A program made the position numbers and the translations under genes. A stretch of 64,000 bases of DNA, taken from assembly GCF_009914755.1 (NCBI RefSeq), contig NC_060945.1. One strand, given 5' to 3'. Positions 53,833 to 64,000 of the stretch are shown one piece after another. This DNA is from the human T2T-CHM13v2.0 reference genome, Homo sapiens. Numbering within the stretch: position 1 is the first letter of the stretch; every line of letters starts with the position of its first letter. The notes beneath the pieces were generated by a model. The model did not search any database. It saw nothing but the letters and a program-made list of their open reading frames with translations, and was not told the DNA's origin.

Positions 53833-54923
53833 ATTATTGATATTAAGTAAATTAGCTCTTTCATCATTCTATGTATTAAAATGTTTGCTAATTTGCTATT
53901 TAAATGTATAATATTTTAATAAGCATTTTATAACACTAAGTTAAAACTTGTGACTAAAATCTATAGAACAGTTCCTACTATAATGAAGGAAAAATAACTC
54001 AGCAGAATACCATTTTTACTTTACATTCTGTATTTTAGCTTCAAAAAGAATTCATTTAAGTTCATGAACTTGCTGAACATTTCATGTATTAGAATCTTCT
54101 ATCACTGATATTTTGAACTTTAGAACATTAGATACATTTTCCCCATGAAAATGTTTTGTAATATTTATAGTTCTCATTAAATTATTGTACTATACTTTAT
54201 AGAAATGGAATCTGAAAATGTTGGCAGCCATCCATGAGGCACTTTAACATATAATCTACTCAAGTTTTTTCTTCAATCATTTTTATCATTAGGCTATTTA
54301 TAATGAGTAACATATAGTTCCATAACCTAACTGTATAAGCTATCATTGAACCAAGTTTAGTTGATGCTAATAACTTCCCATGATTCATAATGCAACAAAT
54401 ATATTTGAGTAAGAATTTTTAAGGTCACAGTTATCTTGGCTCCTAGAAAATTTTTTTTTCATTTTCCAATAAATGGAAATGTCGCATTATTCCTCTTCTA
54501 AACTACTTAAATAACTTCCATTGTTTCTGATTTACATATTTATGAATCAATCCCTATTACATGAAAAACAAACAAAAAACAGTATGGCAATAAGTAATCT
54601 ATTATTTAATCCTAATTTAGCCATCTGAATTGTGTAGTAATTTTTATTGTCTTCAACAGATTTGTTTCTGAAGATGCATTGGAAAACTACTGTTTACTTC
54701 TGGAAAAATAGAACTAAAGAATTTTTAAAGTAAATAATTTTCTAACCAGTGTTTGTAACACTTGCACCAAGCCTATCATAAGCGCACAACTATTTATCTA
54801 GTAATAAATGAATGGGTACTCACATCAAGTGACTTCTTTATTACAAGACCTTTTATGAACCCTCTTCAAAGAGAAGATCCTCTACCTTTTGAAAAAATGC
54901 ATTCAAAAGTTAGAATACAGAAG

Positions 54924-54990
54924 GTAGATAGATTAGATAGATGATAGATAGATAGATAGATGATAGATAGATAGATACACAGATATAGAT
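54924..54990. repeat. Interrupted (GATA)n tetranucleotide STR
   Basis: TAGATAGATTAGATAGATGATAGATAGATAGATAGATGATAGATAGATAGATA. Confidence 0.92.
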
Positions 54991-55519
54991 TAATATTTCC
55001 ATTCGTGGTCCACAAAGGGAAAACTCATGAGGAACAAAGCCTAAAATATTACAACCCACCAAGCAGAGAATCACTGTGGTCCAATTCTAATCATCCTGAT
55101 AAACAGGGTCCTAGATCTGTTTCTAGGTGGCTGGGACAATTGTACTCGCCTATGTTTGAATTTGGAAATAAGCTGATTCCTTACAATTTTAGGTAAAAAC
55201 AGTTACTACAAAATCTAAAATTGGATCTTTGTCTCTTGTTAATTCAAGGCTGAAAATGAACTGAGTGTATGATTCAGAGCCCAGAGCTTAGCTGCTAACA
55301 CAAAACCAGCTTAAGAGCTGTGAACAATGAAAAACCAAGTCATGGAAAATGTTTGTGTCATCTCACTGGCAAACCTTCGGGAAGAGAATCCTAGCAGAAA
55401 GTGAACTGTTACATTAAAACATTCAAAACATGTAAGGAAGGTAACCATCATGAAAGCAGAGACAAATTAAACGAAATAGAAGGAGAACAAATCACATTCG
55501 ATTATCTTAACAAAAATTA

Positions 55520-55786
<267 letters not shown>

Positions 55787-58700
55787 CTATGTCTTCTAGA
55801 CATCAAGCCATTAAATTGTAGGATAATTTATTATACAGCAATAGATAACTTATCCGCCAAGAGTCTCACCCTTGTTTTAAATTCAAGATTCTAGTCTTCA
55901 TTCCTGTCCACTAGTTCAGCTATTTGTTTTGGATATTATTTCTCTTTATACAATCACTACACCTAAAGTAACCTCTAGACATAATATTAGGCCAATGGAA
56001 TTTCTTGGCCTAACTACATACTTTATAGTGGCAAAAAGTATTTTATGAACATTTTAATAGAACCTCCATACGTTTGGAAATAACTATTTGAAATTTTAAT
56101 TATTTCAAAAGCAATCATTTGATGGTAATTATTTCTGAAAAAGCATCTAGTCTCACACAGAAAGACAATTTTCCCATCAACCAGTTTCCATTTATATAAA
56201 TTACAATTTCCTTAATAATAAAATGATTTATCTAAATCATAAAATGAAACACTATCTTGCCAATAGTTGTATCAATGTCTTATTATACTTTGCATATGAA
56301 AGACGTATTCTGTCTTTGTTTCTATTTCTGTTGATATCCACCACAATTAATAGTGTATTTTAATTTAAATTAGGAAATTGTATTAATAGACAGTAGAGTA
56401 ATGCATTATTGACATGCATATATATTATGTTTAAAACTTTTCCTTTGTTATTTACTAAAACTTATGAATTATTTTTAAAATCTCATAAGCAATACTTAGT
56501 AGCATCTGAAACATGTTATTTATATTTTTATGATGCTTATAACTGACTAATATAGACTAAAATATACAAAAATCTCAATGGTGTATCAATTTGGAGGATG
56601 TGTTCTTAATTGTTCCTGTTTTAATGATTATGGATGTGAAGTGACTTACTGAAATTTCCTTATTCAGTCTCTGCTGATAGCAATGGAATGAGTTTGTGAG
56701 CTTGATGCATACTATATTCTGGTAACACAAGAAAGCAAATAGCTTCTTTGTAAGTTAAACTTTTTTTTTTCCTGGCAACACTGGCATGGAAACCTTATCA
56801 AAGAATTAGCTACTCACAGTCTGTAATGATCACCAATTCTCAATGATCTATACTAAATAAATAAGAATATCAGAGAGGAAATGTATATATGAGTTAAGTT
56901 TTTATCCACTTTTAATATATGACAATAAATGCAAATTTGTGAAAGTTTTTAAAGTGCAGTTTTATAAATATTTTAATTATTTTTCAAAATGCCCTTCTCG
57001 ACTACTAGACACCAATAATTCAAGCTGTTTTTCATAAAAGAGGATCAAAAGCACAAATTGCAAATTTATTTTCTTGGAATCTACAGTCTATGAAGATAGA
57101 AATAACTACAAAAAAATACCATAAGGAAAAAAATGTTTGCACAGTCAACTAGCTAAATAAATTATTTACTAAATTCGACAGAAAAATGTTTTGTTTTTAA
57201 TTAATCTAATCCCTTATTGGTAGAAAGTATGTTTTTCATCCTACTACAAGTACTAAAATTGCAGCTAATATTTTATGGAAATAAATTGCTTGGTATTATA
57301 GATATATAAAATATAGGTAGTCTAAAACTATGTTTAGGTTACCTATTTTAGATAGATAGATAGACATATAGATAATCATCAAGGTGCCTATACAATTTAT
57401 TATTATGTATGAGAAAATATTATTTAAAAATCTCTATTTTTAAAATTTTTTTTAATTCTAAAATTGTGTGAATGAAATGGCAGTCCCTGTTGAGAACTAC
57501 AGTCTTTCTGGAAAGGCATAACATTTCAAAGGCTAGAAAAAAGTTCTTCCAAGAACTATGTGGCCTTTCAAAGGCTTCTCCATCTCAGTGACAAACTGGT
57601 AACATCCATCTGACACTACTGTCTTTTTGTTCTTCATAAGGCTGGTTACAATTTACTTCAGAAAGACAAGAAGAACTGTTTTTCACAATGGCTGCAGTGA
57701 AAGAGACTTGTGCCTTTTATCTGTCTTTTTTCTAATAAGATAAATGGAGCAGGTGTAGAGGAATTAATGAAGCAACTGCCAAATTGCAAGGGTCATTGGT
57801 GTGTTGAAAGCTATAAATTAGCCAGGTCTTGCGGGAAATTACCCTCTACCTCTATTGAGATTCTGCCATTTCTAAATTCAAGTTCAAGACAAGACAAAAA
57901 GCTGTTTGAAAGTGGAAAAGAAAAATGCCAGTTAACTTTCATTATTTAGGGTAATTCTAAGCAAAAACACACACACCAGAATATATATATATATATATAT
58001 ATAAATCACTGTAAATACATATAAACTGTAAATCTACCTATGTAAATATGGTTAAAATTTTACTTACTGTATAGAAGAAAAAAGTTTGTGCTTTGTTAAG
58101 AATATATATTTCTATTGATGGCAGCAGTTTAAAACTACTAGGAATACAATCTACATCCGTGTGCACAAATTTACTGATTTGTTAAATTCATATTAAATCC
58201 AATGTTTTGCAGGAAATTGTTACAGTATAAAAACTAAAGATTTAAAGAAATTTGATTTTAAATATGAGTTCACAAGATATACTTCTCTCACTCTGTGCTC
58301 CAGACTCTTTCTCATTATTAAATGAAATGTTAAAGGAAAAGTGCTATATTTTAAAAACACATAAGAGATAATAGAATAACAGCTCAAGAGAATCTTAGGA
58401 AATCTTTTGAAACATGTTAAATTTTTATTTATTTTTAAAGTTAGAGAAGGACAAAACAATAAATCTAACGCAGTTGTGTTGTAAGGAAAATAATATATTT
58501 GCACTACAGGTGCATTTGCAAATTATGTCAATTCTTATGAATATTCTGCCATTGCAAGAATCTAGGATTTTGGTAAATAGTTTGAATATACATACATTAT
58601 TGCATTTCATACGTTGATCAATACGGAAAAAATAAAAAATTATATTGCTAAATCATCTCATCAGTAAAGAATTAAAACTCTTCATTTACTCATCACCTTC

Positions 58701-59289
58701 TATGTATAGCAGTGAAGTTTTAAATTTACCAATCCTATTAACTTAATGTTTTATGCAACAGTTCCTTCAACATCTGAATTTTCCACTCACCAGTTTGGAT
58801 CCCATATTTCATAATTCTGAGACTTTACATAACAGTACAACTATCTTGTCACAAATCACTCTTTTAATGATGCAGGCTTGAAAAATCCCAATTCATGTCC
58901 ACAGCAGGGCAGATAAATGTGGGTGAATAAAATCTAAAAACTTGTTGAGTAGCCTTATTTTGAATCTAGAAATTATAACACCAATTATGCCCCTGCTAAT
59001 TGATTGGCATCAACTATTCTTGTTAATTTTACTGTATTTCTGCAAGCCCATTTACCCTTCCATTCCCCTATACGCTCCTCTTTCCTTTTCAAATGCCTCC
59101 ACCTTGAGCCTTGTTCTCAACTGATGATTGTACTTCCTGTTTGACCAACAAGATGTAAAAGAATAACAAAAAAATTGTGAATGACCCCACCAACCCTTTA
59201 CTATCACAGATTTGTTTGTTGATTTACCCTCATTTCTCAGGATTCAAACATTGGAGCATAACACGGAGCCATCTTCAGTCTTCATCCCT

Positions 59290-60480
59290 TCCAATGTTTC
59301 TTGGGTAGATTATTTTAAGTATCATTTGGATGCTAGTTTCTCCTCAATTTTATAAGCTGCCTAGCTTTCCTCCTTAACTGAAGACATATGCATCAAGTGC
59401 CTTTTCAAAAAGTCCCCTTGGACATCTAATAGGTTTCTCAAGCTTTACCTGTTCAAAATGAAAGTCCTAATTTTTTTTCTCACAGTAACCAACTCCTTTG
59501 GCATTCTTCTTCTTGGTAAATTACACTTGCATTCAGTCAGTTACTTAAGCTGTAGTAGAAACTGGCCATCTGACTAAACCATTTCCTCTTGCAGAAAATA
59601 CACCACAATTTCCACCGTGGTAACTGAGACCATGTTACTAATTCTAGCCACTAGAATGTGTACAGGAGTGATGTGTATCACTGTAAGTCCTAGCCTGTAA
59701 ATAAACACTACTTGCAGTCCTCCTTATTCCTTTCTGCTCTTGTGGCTGGGATGGAGATCATCCTAGGTCAAACTTGGAAGCCACATGCAGAAAAGGAAGA
59801 GCCATAATATAGAAAGAGGTGGGACTCCTCATTCTCTGCTTGAATGAGGTTTTCCTGACCAAGAAAATACAGAGCAGATTAATATGTGTGCAAGAAATGT
59901 ACAAATGTTATGTCCTTGATATTGCTAGAATTTGTTTCAGAAAATAGAATCATCATGCATCTCAAATATATTGAACCATCATAATTCTTTGTATTGCATC
60001 TTCATTTATTAATTATATTCATAATTCAGCCATTTTTACAACTTCTCTGTTGTAAGAGATCATCCTGTTCTGACTGTTATGACTCAATAGGATTACTCCA
60101 ATTCTGCAGAAATACTTTTCTTGAAAACACATTTACATCCTTTCTCCTATTATAATTTTGTTTTGAAATGATTCTGTTAAAACTTGCCAGATAATGTCAC
60201 ACTCCTGCTCAAAATTATACAGTGAATTCTCTTCTCAAAATAAGCAACATAGATTTATATGAAATTTCTCTCCCTCACTACCACTGTGACCTTCTCTTCC
60301 ACTGTTTTATTCCTCACACTCTGCTGAAATTCTATGACCACTTCTAGATCTTCTGATTTACTCAATGTAGTCACTCATTTGTGTCTTTATTTCACTTAAT
60401 CCTTCTGCTTGGAAGGCTTTTCCGCAAGATATATGAAAAGCTTTCTTATCCCATTCATTCAGCACCTACTCAAAGTTTGG
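59290..60480 (+). mobile_element. L2 fragments interrupted by an MLT1 LTR
   Basis: CCCCTTGGACATCTAATAGGTTTCTCAAGCTT...GTTCAAAATGAA and ATAATGTCACACTCCTGCTCAAAA...CTTCTGCTTGGAAGGCTTTTCC. Confidence 0.6.
59551..59945 (+). mobile_element. MLT1I/J-type (MaLR) LTR
   Basis: CCATGTTACTAATTCTAGCCACTAGAATGTG...GAAGCCACATGCAG...GAGCCATAATATAGAAAG...GCAAGAAAT. Confidence 0.65.
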
Positions 60481-61309
60481 AGGGTTAGAATATAACAATG
60501 CATTTATATCTCTTATTTTAGTAATTTCTATTTTGTGGCATATGAGCTGTTTTCACTTTTTATGGTTTTATAAACAATGCATGTCCATGAGCATATGTGA
60601 ATGCCTTTCAATATAGCATTTACCAAAGTTTACATGTATTGTCCTATAGTTTAATTGCAGAGTGATGAGATATGAGATGGTTATAATATGCCAGACAATC
60701 CAAAATGATAGTACCAATTCTTATTCCCAGCAGATGAGAATTCCAAAATTCAAACTATTTACAAAAACCTAGACTGATCCATTTTTATTTTTTTAACTTT
60801 TGCATTTTTTCTTATAATCTAATGAATGTGGTCTTAAGTATCAGTTCCCTGGTCATTAAAACATTTGGAAAAGTTTTTATACATTTATGGACCATTTATG
60901 TGATCTGTTTTGTCACGTCTGTTCCAATTTTTAGCTTATTTTATTCTTGTGGTATTCTATCTATTCTATCAACTGTATGAGTTTCTTTTGTTAGTAGTTA
61001 TTTATGTGGTATAATAGTTGGATATATTTTCCCTCAAGTTGTAGTTGGTCTTTTAAATTTTGCTGTCTCTTTATGTAACACATGTTAAGATGTTAATAAT
61101 CATAAATACTTAGTTTATCAATTATTGTATTTTTGTACTTTTCATTTTTTGTGTTCTAATGCATTCTTTTTCTTTTTGATCTGAAGGGCTTATTACATTT
61201 ATTGGCATACAATTTTAAAGTATCATTTATCTTTAAAATATCTGCAGCAACTTTAAATGCGCCTTTTTTCCACTACTGATGTTTAAAAATATTTTCCATT
61301 ATCTCTTAA

Positions 61310-62455
61310 ATGTAAATCCCAAATCTATACAAAACCTTAAAGAAAACCTACAAAATGCCACTCTAGACATAGATTCTGGGAAAGATTTTGTGATGAAGAT
61401 GCCAAAAGAAATTGCAAACATAAACAAAATTGGGACCTAATTAAACTAACGGACTTCTGCACAGCAAAAGAAACTATCAAGGGAGTAAAAATCCTACAAA
61501 TTAGGGAAAATATTTGCAAACTATGCACCTGATAAAGTCTAATATCCACAAACTATAGGAAACATAAATTAACAAGCAAGAATTAAACATTAAAAATATT
61601 AAAATGCCCATTAAACATAGAAAAGAACATGAACAGACACTTTTCAAAAGAAGACATACAAGTGGCCAACAAGCATATGAAAAAAATTCTCAGTATCACT
61701 AATCATTACATAAATGCAAATCAATACCACAAGGTACCATCTCACACCAGCAGAATGGTTATTATTAAAAACTCAAAAAATAACAGATGCTGGCGTGGCT
61801 GTAGATAAAATGAAATGCTTATTTGCTGTTGGTGGGAAGGTAAGTTAGTTCATTCACGGTGGAAAGCAGTTTGGAGATTTCTCAAAGAAATTAAAAACAG
61901 AACTACCACTTGACTCAGCAAGATAATTACTGGGTATATACCCAAAGTAATATAATTTGTTCTGCCACAAAGACACATGTGCACGTATATTTATTGCAGC
62001 GCTATTCACAATAACGAAGACCTGGAATCAATCTAGATGCCCATCAATGGTGGACTGGATAAAGAAACTGTGGCACATATACACCATGGAATGCTACAGA
62101 GCAATAAAAAGGAACAAAATCATGTTCTTTTCAGCAACATGGATGCAGTTGGAGGTCATTATCCAGAGCAAATTAATGCAGGAAGAGAAAACCAAATACT
62201 GTGTATTCTCCCTTATAAGGGGGAGCTAAACATTGAGTACACATGCACATTAAGAAGGTAACAGTAGACACTGGGCCATACATAAGTGTGGAGGGTGGGA
62301 GGAGGGTGAGGAATGAAAAACTACTATCAGGTACTGTGTTCATTAGCTGGATGATGGAATAATATGAACACCAAACCCCATGACACACAATTTACTAATG
62401 TAACAAACCTGTAACAAACCTGCACATGTACCTCCTGAACCTAAAATAAAAGTTG
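61310..62455 (+). mobile_element. L1PA15/16-like 3' end (ORF2 C-terminus plus 3' UTR)
   Basis: GACCTAATTAAACTAA...GACTTCTGCACAGCAAAAGAAAC. The ORF at 61957 (KDTCARIFIAALFTI..WNQ.RCPS..DWIKK) is the L1 ORF2 C-terminus. Ends CCTGAACCTAAAATAAAAGTT. Confidence 0.93.
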
Positions 62456-62566
62456 GTAGGGGAAAGAAAAAGAACACTTTCCATTGTGTCTTGTCTGCAC
62501 AGTTTCTCTTAAGAAGTCAGCCATCAGTGAAAACACATATTTTCTCTTAGCTATTTTTATGATTAA

Positions 62567-62890
<324 letters not shown>

Positions 62891-62910
62891 AAAACTTTGA
62901 TTTTCATTAA

Positions 62911-62982
62911 TTTTTTGTTTCTTTGACAGGGTCTCATTCTGCTGCTCAGGCTGGAGTGCAGTGGTGCAATCTTGGCTCACTG
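62911..62982 (-). mobile_element. Short Alu 3' fragment
   Basis: TTTGACAGGGTCTCATTCTGCTGCTCAGGCTGGAGTGCAGTGGTGCAATCTTGGCTCACTG. Confidence 0.85.
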
Positions 62983-64000
62983 AAAACTCTTTGAGAAAAT
63001 TTAAGTGTTTTTTTTTTTAAATAATTCATTCTATAGTATGTTTACTGACCCTGAATCAATTGTTTTTCTCATCTATTACCTTTTTGAATGCTCTTTCATC
63101 ATTATCTGTTTTTTTTCTATTATATTTTTTCTCTTGCTTCTTTAGGTTGGGAAATTTTTAGCTTGTTAATTTATATTTTTTATGTGCCCACTTACAGTTA
63201 ATTCTATACACTAGCTAATTTCAGATATTGTATTTTTCCATTCTATAATATGGCTTAAATTTCTGGAAAAATTCTCCTTTCTTTTGTCTATTTTAGCCAC
63301 TAGTCATTATCTATATTTTCACCATATTTGGCACAGTTATAGTCAGTTTTTTCTTGCTATTCCAATTTCTTGACAATTTTCACAGCTCCTAGTATTATTT
63401 TTCTCAAAATTTTCTGTCATATTTTGGTCTATTTGAGTTTCTAGTAATTTTATGGAACTCTAAATTTTATACTGTAGAGACTTTAAATATTTTCTTTCAC
63501 TAGAAAAGGCTATTTTTTTCCTCTGTCATGCAGATAGAGTGAGAGTATGATCATTTCTCTCCAAACATGGATATAGTTGGATCAGTACTAGACTAAAATT
63601 TGAGGAATACTTGGTATACTCTGCTTCATTCCTATTGCTTAAGCATAGGCTTCTGGGCTTTTGATTGAGAGAGGTTATCTGATGTTTGCAAGCTCATCCC
63701 TGAAAGACTACAGAACATCATTGCTATCCTTTGATATTTTTCTAGTTGATATGTCTAATCTCTTAAGCCAGTGCAGAATAAATATTGGCATATATCTGTA
63801 GGTGAAACCACTGCTTTATTCCTTGAGCACAATGGAGGAAATTTTACTCCACCTTTAGAAAGGCTCTTTCTAGGTCTTTAGCCTCTGAGCAGTCCCAAGA
63901 TTCAGAAAATATTTTCTGGTGATATCTAGGCATGTGGATGATGCTCCTCAAGTTGTAACATTTTGATTATTTAAAAAGCATCATTGCTTTTTGTTTTTTC

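Noticed and set aside
61957-62229. 90-aa ORF with real protein similarity
   Set aside because: It is the C-terminus of L1 ORF2p in a truncated old L1, not a host gene.

Overview
This window is AT-rich, CpG-poor primate genomic DNA, almost certainly human, because it carries an AluYa5 and an AluYb-lineage element and these subfamilies are essentially human-specific. I can support no protein-coding exon. The ORFs in the supplied track fall in Alu, L1, MaLR or simple-repeat sequence, or are short chance ORFs. The window reads as intergenic or deep-intronic sequence made of about 15 Alu copies or fragments, many decayed L1 fragments, MaLR LTRs (THE1/MST, MLT1), ERVL LTRs (MLT2B, LTR16/33-like), ERV1 LTRs (MER4A1, MER67-like), L2/MIR relics, a full-length U1 snRNA retrocopy (34789-34953) and a 1.3-kb TGTC(TA)n tandem array. 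I found no evidence for a new biological system. The most notable observations are (i) a 32-bp templated insertion inside an Alu that matches unique sequence 2.6 kb downstream, (ii) two very young Alus with perfect TSDs 3 kb apart, one an incomplete Yb8, (iii) a U1 retrocopy with a T-rich rather than A-rich 3' flank, (iv) a 26-bp higher-order repeat emerging inside the TGTC(TA)n array, and (v) local quasi-palindrome clusters and a few candidate regulatory patches. Repeat subfamily calls come from recalled consensus sequences, and boundaries of old repeats are approximate.
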